Assembly (NCBI GenBank): GCA_002633005.1
Contig: NMRA01000187.1
Span: forward strand, 305,740-369,739
Direction of reading: 5' to 3'
DNA length: 64,000 nt
From: Phoronis australis
Lineage: Eukaryota; Animalia; Phoronida
The translations under genes and the position numbers were made by a program. Shown piece after piece: positions 24,472-36,400 of the stretch. The notes under the pieces were generated by a model, which saw only the letters and a list, made by a program, of their open reading frames with translations, ran no database searches and had not been told where the DNA came from. How positions within the stretch are numbered: position 1 is the stretch's first letter; the number at the start of each line of letters is the position of its first letter.

Positions 24472-27400
24472 TCATTTGTAACTTTTAGCTTGTTGATCAG
24501 CAGCTGTTGGTATAGGCTCAAAACCTGGGCACATCTTCACAGGTTTGTACTCAACGTCATAACCAAACGCCTTCGGACCGACAACACCTAGAGCTGTTTC
24601 AGTTCGTAACTTTTCGTGACATGGCATAACCACTACAAAAACTCTTTGCCCGTATCTAATCTCTTCGACTACTATGGGATGTCCTGTATCGACATCAAGC
24701 ACTGACATCATATCTGGCACCGTTGCAATCACGTGGCCATCGTGTGCGCGCTTGGCGATTAGGAATTCATTCTGAAAATTGATGACCACGTTAAATCCGG
24801 TGAAGTCATCAAGTCCCTCAATCTCAAGACCACCCATAGTGTACCCTCGTGTCGTCTGCTTGCTCACGTCAAAAATCTGAAATTGGCAGGTGTCGATGAG
24901 ATACGACAAAAACTTTTTAATCATAATTCCATTTCTGTTTCATTACTCTACAAAAGGATAAAAGCTGTCCTCGTGACCTACATTCATTTAAGCGATAAGG
25001 AGGCTCAAGTCTATAGCGTGATGCCAATGCAGACTTTTCTCAATTAAAGTTTCTTTTTAAAACTAAACGTGTTCTTTCGGATTATTCATAACTTGAAGTA
25101 AACAACAAGAATACATTCAGCCATACCTTTCCCTCAATGATGACGTCACAGTCCAAAAATTTGGTTACTGCTTCCTTAATGGACATTTTTTCCCGCCTCG
25201 CTTTGTTGATACTGTCTCCTAGTCGCCACACGTGACTCATAGAATAAAGCACAGATTTGTCGAAGATGTCTTGCTTCGTCAGCGGAGCAAAACAGAGACC
25301 GCCAACACAACTGAAACATGATTCACTCAAGCACGTTGACACAGGCGCTGACATTGGTGGTCAATCACAAGGAAGGATATGATATAACAGTGACCAATCA
25401 CTAATGTCACGATATCGAATGGTGACCAATCACTAAGGTCATGATATAATGGTGACCAACCACTAAGAAGGACATGATGTAATGGTCGCCAGTCACTAAG
25501 AAGGAGACCATATAATGGTGACTAAACAATACAAAGATCATGATTTAATGGTACCCAATAACTACGAAGATCATGATTTAATGGTGACCAAGCACTAAAG
25601 ACATGATATTAGGGTGATCAATCACTACAAATGTCATGATTGAATCCACCCACCATGTCACTTAAACAACATAAGGCTTCACATTTTCAAGCCGTGAAAG
25701 ATGCGTCGGCAAACTCGTGACCGGTAGCACATACACACGTGACGGTGTAAAATAAAATTGGCAACATAACACAAACAAAACAAACATTTAGTATGTTCTT
25801 CAATGAATTCGCTTTGATAGAAATTCCGTCATCATGCAATGCAGAAACAACAGACATTTGTGGTATTGGGTGGTCTGACGTCATGAAACTCATTGGACGG
25901 TATTGAGTGAACTGAAGTGATGAAACGCACTGGAAGTTATTGGGTGATCTGAAGTGATGAAATATCCTGAAAACCCGAGATGCACTTAGACCTTTGTTGT
26001 TCCCGTGCATATCTGTGTCTCACATTGTATATATGCTGTATATTGTGTGAGTGGAAGGTATTACTCGAGTACGAATAAGCGATTGCTCGCGATAAATGGT
26101 GACATGTGACGAGATATTAGTGTGACAACTCGACACCAGGTGTACATGTAAAAATCCCTTTCCAGGGCCGTAGGAAGCGGGGGGGCCGGGGGGGCCCGTG
26201 CCCCCCCAAAATTTTCAGCGTACAAGCTTCTGCAACATTGTATTTTGATTTGAAGTACAGTTTTCTCAGACTTATAACGAAATTGAAGAATCTGGCTTAG
26301 TTATCAGAAAAACACCATAAAAACGGTTGGATCAGGCAGCTTTTATTTCGACAAAGAATCGTTTCCCAAGACTGCAGAACAAGACTTCAAGTTGATGTTT
26401 GGCGTCGTCGGCAAAGTGAAGACCTCACGTGTGTCCGGTAAGTTTTACATTATATCTAGCAGTAGCGCGTGCAGTTCTAAGCTTGAACTTTGGTGTTCAG
26501 TGCATTATTCGAGATGTCGACCACAATGGAGGTTATTGAGTTTTCTAACGTTGTGGAGTTGTTTTTACTGTTCATGGTGATTGTCGCATGCACGTTATAG
26601 CAGGAAACTGGAGTAAATTTCGATCAGTGGTCACAAATTCTGTAATTTACAGGGCTTTGGAGAACTCGTGGCGTCGATTGGATACGACTCGCAGAAAGCT
26701 GGAAGTCTATACGACACATACAGTAAACCTTGTAACACAAGCTGTTGAATCCCCTCTTTCTACATCTAGTTTGTTGGAAAATGCTCTGATCGACGAGTTC
26801 GCAAAATGCATAATTCCCGAATCTCACCAGTCAACACACGAACCCATTCGCACATCTGGGGACGGCAACTGTTTATTTCGAGCCGCTTCTCTTTGCATAA
26901 CTGGTATAACTTTATATTTTTCGTAATAGATTTTTGACTTTTACTTTAGTCGATATTACATGGGCGGCGCAGCATTTAGTGGGGAGCTATATTCCCTCAG
27001 CCCCCTATCAGGTGCGCCGCCTACGCCCGCGAACGGTGCACCACTGAATTAAGGGGAGTGATAGCCTCTCGGCGGTTACATGTATGTGGCTTTTCCCTTT
27101 GAAACAACTATCATCCCGTACTTTGTTCTGTGTATGCGCGCATTTTGGGCACTTGCCATGAAGTTGGGGACGTGAAATGGGAAAAAATCCATTGGCATTC
27201 ACTAAAAGTGCCATTTCGGAAAGTCGAAATTATGTCTATAAACTCATTCCTGGAATAAGGCCCATTTACGAATTTCTTGTCATTACACAGAATTTCAAAA
27301 CCTATCTAAAGTATCGCATGGCCTTATTTTATAAAGGCAAGTAATCTCTTGATACAACCTTGCAGTTGCTTAAGTTTATAGGTGACGAATCCCTCCACGT

Positions 27401-30400
27401 GACATTAAGGCTGCTGACTGCAGCCGAGCTCTTCATTCACTCTGACTTTTATGCAAGGCACCCACACGTTATTGCTGCTACTCAGAAAGAAAACTCTATA
27501 TCTTCGGATTTTCAAACATTATTCACTGTGGTAATGTCTCAGGAGGACGGTCTTGGAGACACTGTAAACGATGATAATGAAGCAGCCATTGTAAGAGAGG
27601 CAAAGCATCTGTGCCACGATGGGAATTGGAGTGGTCTCATGGCTGTCATGGGTCTGTCGTCTGTATTGAAAATGCCAGTAACAAGTGTATATCCCGACGT
27701 AGGAAAAAGTGTTCATTCCCTTCATGGGGAGATCTTACCACGTGTATTAGGAAATGCTTCATGCAACAAATATGCGATTTTCTTGTGGTCTAGAGATGGA
27801 AATCTTGACAACCGACCCGGCGCGATTTTTGAACCAAATCATGTCGTAGCAGTTAGAATAAAAAACACACGCCCTGTACCTGAGTGTCAAATGAATAAAA
27901 AAAGATTTTGCGACGATTCCCAGGAATGTTCAAGAGCAAAGAAGCAGCACGCTTCCAGTCACCAAAGAAAAATAGGTGCCTTCTTTAAGGTAAAATCCCT
28001 ACCTGTAACCAGTAACTCACTCACGCTCGAAACTCACTTAATAGGCGGCGCATCACGCACTAAACCTGGAGGTGCTTCAGCTTGGAATATAAAAAGTAAC
28101 TCTGAAACGTCAAACACAGAACTATCGGACGTCCTGGAGTCCCACAGTAGCTGTCCTACGCAGTTAGCAAACAGCACTTCTGAAGAAGCCACATTGCACA
28201 CAGAGCCACTTGTGGTGAACGCTGGGACTCACAAATCTGGTACTACGAATTTAGAACCATCGAGCCAGTCACAGGAGCTTTATTGTAGCTCTTCAGCACC
28301 AAGTGAAAACTCCCACACTCACCAAAACAGTTCTTCTCAGTCGGCTCACACCATGCAAGAAAAACGTGGTTTACACGACATTCCCGAGCATCCACACAAA
28401 CCTTCAAATCACGTCTTTCCAAAACGACCTTTTGGCAAGAAAAATCGTCAATTTCAAAAACAGTGGTTTATCTCATGGCCGTGGCTGCATTATATTGAGG
28501 GGGAAGATAAGGTGTTGTGTCACATATGTGCAAAAGCTTACCACATGGGTCTGCTGTCTTCAGCAAAACAAGAGCTACATGTATCATTTGTTGTTACCGG
28601 TTATACCAACTGGAAAAAGGCTACTAACAAGACGTCTGGCTTTACGAAGCATGAGAAATCTGAGTGCCATAAAGAAGCAATGGAACGCACACTGATAGTG
28701 AAGTTGTCTGTCAAAGATGTTGCGGAACAACTGTCAACAGCCCACGGAGAGCAAAAAGCGAAAAACCGCAGAATGTTCCTGAAAATATTAACAAACATAC
28801 GTTTTTTGGCAAGACAAGGTATACCGTTTAGGGGTGACGGAGATGAACAAGATTCCAATTTTATTCAACTACTCCATCTAAAAGAAACAGAGACAGATAT
28901 TTTGAAATCATGGTTGTCGCAGAAAACAAATAAATATACGTCTCCAGATATTCAAAATGAAGCGATCAAACTGATGGCTTTAAAAGTTCTCCGAGAAATA
29001 GCGTCGTGCATTCGCGGCAGTCCTTATTTTAGTATACTGGCAGACGAAACTACTGACGTGTCTAATAGCGAACAACTCGTCGTTTGTATCCGATGGGTAG
29101 ACGAATCATTACAACCCCATGAAGATTTCATCGGATTTCGCCGCTTGGAATTGATGGATGCCCAAACAATTACGTCACTTCTAAAAGACACACTGTTGCG
29201 GATGAACTTGTCTTTAAGCAGATGTCGTGGTCAATGCTATGATGGTTGCAGCACAATGAGTGGGTCCAAAAATGGAGTCGTTGTCAACATTAAACAGGAA
29301 GAACATCGCGCCCTGTACACACATTGTTATGGCCACGCGTTGAATCTTGCCTGCTCAGATAGTATCAAACGATGCAAGCTGATGGCAGATGCTTTAGACA
29401 CCACGTACGAAATTACCAAACTGATAAAAAAATCTCCCAAACGTGACGCACAGTTGAATAAAATACGAGATGCGTTGCTTGACGACAGAGAAGTGGGTAA
29501 TATTCGGCAACTGTGTCCAACGAGATGGACCGTGAAGGCTGACGCTCTGAATCGTGTGATAGGTAACTATGATTGTTTACAGGAACTCTGGTCCTGGGGA
29601 GTCCAAAATTGCAATGATTCAGAAATGAAAGCGCGGATACGTGGAATTCAGTCTCACATGACACAGTTTAGTTTCTTTTACGGTTTAGTACTTTCAGAGC
29701 GCCTGTTGGTGCATGCTGACAATCTGAGTACAACTTTACAAAGCGTTCAGATGTCCGCGGCTGAGGCTCAAAAGATTGCCAAAATGACCTTTACTACATT
29801 AGAACGGATGAGAAACGACAGAGAATTTAAAAACTTCTGGGATGAAGTCCTAGCTTGTGCAAAGGATCATCACGTCAAAGATCCTGGTCTCCCTAGACGC
29901 AATAGAAAACCCGCTAGATACGAAACAAGAAATGCGCCTCCGGAGTTTTCTTCGAGTCCAGAAGATTATTATAGAAGAATTTATTTTGAAGCTCTTGACA
30001 ATATCATTGCATCAATACGGGACAGGTTTGATCAAGAAGATTACAAAATTTATATGCAGTGTGAGGAGCTGATACTCAAGGCGGCAAAAGGGGAAAACTT
30101 TGAAAATGAATACCAAGATGTTATCAGTTTTTATGGAGATGATTTTGATTCAACACTGCGCTGTCACCTGGCTACGTTTGGGGCCAATTATGCACAGGAT
30201 GGTAGTCAAGAGGTAACATTGTCTCGTGTTGTGGATCATTTGCAGAAATTATCAGCCGGTCAAAAACACTTGATCGAAAATGTAATTAAACTAGCAAACT
30301 TGCTGTTAGTGATGCCTGCAACAAATGCCAGTAGCGAACGAGCATTTAGTGCTCTTAGGCGTGTTAAGTCATATTTACGTTCCACAATGGGACAGGGGAG

Positions 30401-33400
30401 GTTGAACCATTTAATGTTGCTCCATGTTCACAAAGACATGTGCGATAAGCTAAATTTGGTGGATGTGGCAAACGATTTTGTACGAGGAAGTGAAATGCGA
30501 AAGGCACAACTCGGGGTTTTTACCACGTTAGACTTAGCTGCAGCCCGAGTTCCTGTGTGCAGCAGGGCAACGTCCACTGATTTATGTTGAAGAGTAAATA
30601 AAAACATTTATAATTATTTCACACCTTCATTCTTACTGTTCAGCAAGAGTAATCGTATGAGCGGCATGTATGTTGCTCCAAAAATTTCCAGTCAATCTTA
30701 ACAAAAAATTAACTCTAAAAGTACAGCATCTGTTACACACCTTATTATTAGTAGACATATTTTTTCATATAATTCAAAACGTACCTAGTGGTTGCAGTAG
30801 TTCATTTTACAGCGTTGATATATACACCCCAGTGCAACGCAGTGGTTTCGAAATTAGAAGTTACGTATCGACCAGGGTCGGTGCCCCCCCAATAATTTTT
30901 ACCTTCCTACGGGCCTGCTTTCGGCTACAGCGTAGCCTACCAAACGTGGAAAATATCCTCTTTTTGACACGATACAGTGGCGAATTATTCTTAGACAGAG
31001 ATTTCAGGCAACAGGTTTCACTTTTGTGATCATAACGTCATCAAAGTATTTACAGTTGTGCAGCACGAGATGTTCAAGTGATTCAACCAAATAACGCCAA
31101 TCTCGAAAAATGTTCGTGAATAAAAAAACTAAGGCCTGAGGTCAAGCGAAAGTTGTTTTATGCTCTCAGAACGCTAGAGAGCTGTATATCAAATGTTTGC
31201 TATTCCTTCAGGAGTGTGTTGAATAACGCCAGTCAACAGCAGCGACTGACATAAAACAAAAGAATATACTAGACGTCTTTCTATTTAATTGCAATATTAT
31301 GGCGTAACTAGTTCTATTTACCCTAGGCAGGTCAGGAGCTAACTCGTGAATAATTAACGAATTGTTACCTTTCTACTACAGGTATGATCTCGCGTGACCT
31401 CACCAATCTTGTAAGAAGAAAGCCAGCTGGCTGTTTAAAGTTACGTCTGCAGCTGTTTAGAAGGTGAACATGAAAATTCAATTGATGCCATTGACTCTCA
31501 TAAAACCGGTCTCATATTCCTTACTGCTTTATCATTCCATTGACTCCCACATAACCGGTCTCATATTCCTTACTGCGATAGCATTCCATTTCCTTTACCA
31601 TCCCAAGTCACAAGCAATGCCTAGGAGAGCTATTTTTGGATTCGAAATTTTGGGGTTGGCGAAGCCCAATAAGCAGCTTATAGTTACAATGTTCTGATAG
31701 GCAGAGTAACGGAAACAGAATAGTATAACGGTGAGGAACGTTATAAGACATATTTTATGAGAATAAAGGGTCTAATTCGACTTTTGTTTTATTCAGAATA
31801 TCAAGGCAAAATGCAGCAACATATGGTGACTATTGTGGGAAATATATTCTTACCCCATTAGAATACAACAACTCCGCAAGAAGCATTCGAGTTTTTTGGT
31901 CGATTCCACGTCGACTGCTAGTATCTTGTTACCCTGGAAACACAAAATACATGTTTCACACTTGGGTCAATTATCCGCCAAGTTAGGCCCAACACACTCG
32001 GGTTGCAGATCCAATTGTCAACTTGCGCACTTCATGTCAGATGACGACAGACAATAAGAGAATGGAGAGATGCAACAAAATCCGTGAGATTGATAACGAA
32101 GGTGTCATCATGCTGCGAACGCATGACGCTCATTTCCGTTACCAATGAGAACACAGAAGCAATAAGTGTTTTATAAGGGCGGCAAAAAACCTGACGCATT
32201 TTAAATTTTGTCATGGGCAGCAGCAACTTTGAAGAAAAAGGTATGTTTGGAAAGCCAGTACCTTGCATTTTATTTCATTTTTAGCAAACTTTAGCAGACA
32301 TCAAAACGCGAGCCCTGTTGGTGATTATCAAAACGCAGTTTTTCAGTGTAACCCAATGCGTTGGTATTGGTGGCATAGTTTCAATAAGTCGTGATGACGA
32401 ATGGCCAAGACGGTTGTGCAATTTGTTTATATGCCTCATATTTAAACTGTTTTACTAAAATCACAACACTGAGGTAATTCCCTCTTTTGGCTTTCGATAT
32501 AACTCGTCTATTGACTTGATGACATCTGCCATTTCTACACTTTACCTTTACGAAAATCAGCGAGGGGCAGAATATGTAGACCGTGATGGCCACACGAAAC
32601 CAAGCGGTCGACGATTGAGGCTTCATTTTTTGAAAGCTTGCATAAATGATAATGCATCAGTATCCCTGGCAATAAATCCTGCTGAATCCAAACTTGAGGA
32701 TCTACCCCAACCTGAGAACAACTTAAATATTTTTAAACTTCTCCAGACATCACCGTAATGCAGTCTACCATATAACCTCTAAAAGACACGGCCCAAAATA
32801 TCAGAAACGCCAACGACACAGACATGCACGCAGGTACGTGCATGAAAGAGCTGAAAGTCGTTGTCCACCCAATTCGGGGATTGAGTATTGTAATTACTCG
32901 ACGGCAGAAAATGAAGAACAAGCTAACATATTGCAGTTTAAAAGCTATCTTTTGGGCAACTTACACACGAGTCCACTAACACAGTTGGAGTGTGCGGGTG
33001 TCCATAAATATGCGGAATATACATCTGAAGTTCCGGAAATGCCCGACCCATTCCGTCAGCATCCACGACAGGAAGTCCCAGCTCGGCGCCCACCGTAAGG
33101 GGCTCGAGTGAGTTTATACCTCCGATTTCACAACAGAACACAGCCCCAATTTCCAGGTTTTTTTCCTGAAATAAATAACTATCTGATTACAAGCAACACC
33201 CAGAAATTCCAGTATTGTTTGAAAATGTTTCTTTGACTGCATTCAATCCAGAGTGTCTAAGACTTTACTCATAACGTAACAACAAAAGTATACTTACTTT
33301 CGCCTGCAGCTGACTCAGATGAACATCCAAACCTTGGAGAATTTCAGCCCCGCTTACCATATTTTCTATCAAGCACAACGGACTGCCCATATAAGCGACG

Positions 33401-36400
33401 GGTACCGCCACCTGCTGACGTTCTGGTGTACTAACAAGTCGGGACGGGTGGATGACTCGCATTGCCTTGCCCTCTCTCAGCGTTTTCAGTGCCCTCAGCC
33501 GTCCTAAATGAAAACGTTTCGCTACAAATTACACAAGGAAGAAACTGGTGGCCTTCCACAAATAATACTGTTTAGTGGAAACTAAACTATTCCATATGAA
33601 TGAACAACAAAATAAGAAAGTGAGATGATGATGCGCAGTTTGTAAATGTAGCCATTGAAGGTGTCTGAAATGCTTTATAGACAGGACCAGTATCATATAC
33701 CTTGTTTGTGAGATAATGCCAAGTACTAGCGGGACATCATCTGTGTTAAGTTCAACAAGTGGTTATATATTCAAACACACTATATACCAAGAGACAACTG
33801 TTGATGAAATTCACCTTGAGATAAATACTACGTCATCACCATAGCCTACACACTATACATGTATAGACAGAGACCTCTGTTGGTAGAACTCACCTAGATA
33901 CGGACTCCCACCCCCACCACAGCCCATGATGCCAGCGCCAATTGAGATGCAATCGATGTCGTATTCGTTTAAGGTCCACTCGCCTGTCACGGGGTCCACG
34001 GGTCCCGACTGAAAGCCTTCAGAAATAAAACGTCAAACCTGAAAGGAGCTATCGGTATTGGAATCATCCCCGAAGCAACAAAACCGTTTCATGGATAAGG
34101 GATGAGGTTTGCATGACTACGCTTGCGCATGATGAATCATGGAAAATTTGTACAGCGCGCGGTGAGAGGTGCGTCCCTGTTTATAATGTGTGTGTATAAA
34201 TCACTTATTTAGATTGACGTCAGTTACTGATACTGGTAAGAAACAAAAGTGAAGACCATATGCAAGCTGATTGTCCGTACTTACACATATTGGTGATTTC
34301 TTCTGACTCTTCAACTGTTAACACAGATCCTGAGTATGACCAAGTACCTTCATCACTTTCTACGTTACTAGTCAAGCTCGACGTTATGGTCACTCCATCC
34401 ACACGAGGTAGATTTGCTTTAAAAAATAGGAAACACACAGGTTCATAATAACAATCAGAAAACTTTTTAATAAACCGATGTAAAATTTAATGGTTGTTAC
34501 GTAATATTGTTTAAAACTTATATAGCGGCGAGTTCAGTTTGGATTCTAAATGAGCTTACAAGGTTCACTTTTATAGACTTGAGTCACGTGGTAGTATCTC
34601 ACCGTTGTCTGTTTTGACATGCGCAGCAGGCACAACAGTTCCAGAAGCCAGCAGACCCCCCACAGCCTTCACAGTGATCCGACTCATTCCACCGGGAATA
34701 TAAGCGACTGGTTCATCGCGGACGTCAACTATTTCGACACTGAGAGGATCTGCACCTGCGTTAATAGCTGCTTCCTTCGCACTTGATTTAGCTTTGTTGA
34801 TCATTTCGGCTCTGTTATCCCCAGAAACAATAGTATCGACTGTCCCGCTGATGTGACCTAACGCAGCTCCAACAGCGTTAGCAACCTACGGGTAGTTTCA
34901 GTATGATGTCAAGCTAATAATTCAACAAACTAGGACCCGCGTTATGCGACCGTCGGCCTTTTAATCTCATAAATAAATGGTTTGAGTAAAGGGGCTTCTA
35001 TACTGTAGACTTGCCACGTCCATTATACATACCAACTAAATAATTTTGGGGTAGGCCACTGAGGTTTGGCGGAAGTCATGAGGCATGCTTGCAAGTTCAA
35101 TGAGTATGCGTTGCGTGTATTGGTAGATATGTCAATGAGCAAGTACTGCGTGTATTGGTAGATATGTCAATGAGAAACATCCCCATGTTCCGCTTTAGAT
35201 GTACCTGTAATTCTCATCAACTTGGCGTTGCCTGAAGCAATGTGACAAAGTTGCTCAGCGACTTCAGGTAACGCTTAAACAATCTGGAATTATAGTGGGG
35301 ATGCCTGTTCATGCTTCAAAAATCATGAAATGCACTCGAAGCTCAAACCAATTTTATGAAGGAAGTACATGTAAAAAATTGTGCTCCGTGGAGTTCTGAT
35401 GTCACCTGTAACATTACCACTACCTACCTCAAAAAATTTGGGTTTCACAACACCGGAAGCACCCTTTAACTTCAGGGTAGAGTCAATGATAACACCACCT
35501 CCCCCTACAAGCACGACTGGCTGATCCTCTTTTATGATCTGCAAATGTTAATTACTTGGTCATAGTTGTGGTTAGTCATTACACATGCAGACAAAATGCA
35601 TATGACGATATGCACGATCATTTGACACATGCACACACGCATGCACGCTTGGACGAACACCAAGTTAAACACAAGCTGATGTTCAAAGAAACAATGAAGT
35701 TTATCTCTTGCTCGATTATCATATTCACGATTTTCATAATGTAGAAATCACGTTAAAGTAACGTAACACCACCTTTACAAAGGTTCAATTGAAGAACGAA
35801 TGTTCAGGAACTTTGGCGGAATGTGTGACAGTTTCCCAAGCAAATTATTTTCGAAATCGTTTAAATTACCAGAAAATCATCTCTAAACGAAAGGTGAAAT
35901 ACATTTTGACTTTCTGAAAATTTGACTTATACCAGAACATAAAATTTTCGACACAACACAATTTAAGTATAGATCACGCTAACTTAGTTCTAAATCAAAG
36001 TTTGGCAATTTGCCAACGACGTTATAATTACACGTATGTAGTAAAGTACACTGTAACAGTCAACAGTTATAGACGTGTTGAATAAAGTTAACATGGTAAC
36101 GATGGGTTGTATTCTCTGACTTTTTACAAAGAATGCAAAGATTTAACTGGTGGACACCAATATTTGACTAGAAAACATGTTTGTTGCAACAATTCCTTGC
36201 TGGTTTCGTTTTCGAGACAGAAATGACCGTTAAACAACGAATTCGTAATATACAAAAACTTGCTTTATAAAAGTGAAAGCTGTTTTAAAGTTTTAGTCAA
36301 ATAAAACAACATTAACTTTTGAGTTGGTTGCGTTAAAACGTAGCCAGTACGACGATGTTGCATTGTCACTCCAAGACGGAAGTGTGATGTAATTTAACCT

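Noticed and set aside
24300-24474. Selenocysteine read-through of the hydantoinase TGA stop
   Set aside because: No convincing SECIS pattern (AUGA..AA..GA) was seen, the DUF917 domain is already complete, and another stop follows four codons later.
26959-27025. Inverted repeat (catgggcggcgca..tgcgccgcctacg) in the transposase intron as a separate recent insertion
   Set aside because: No flanking TSD is visible and it is too short to classify, so it is noted only as a possible MITE relic.
27360-30590. Domesticated host ZMYM1/THAP12-like gene
   Set aside because: The ORF is bounded by TIRs and a perfect TSD inside another gene's intron, so it is a transposon.
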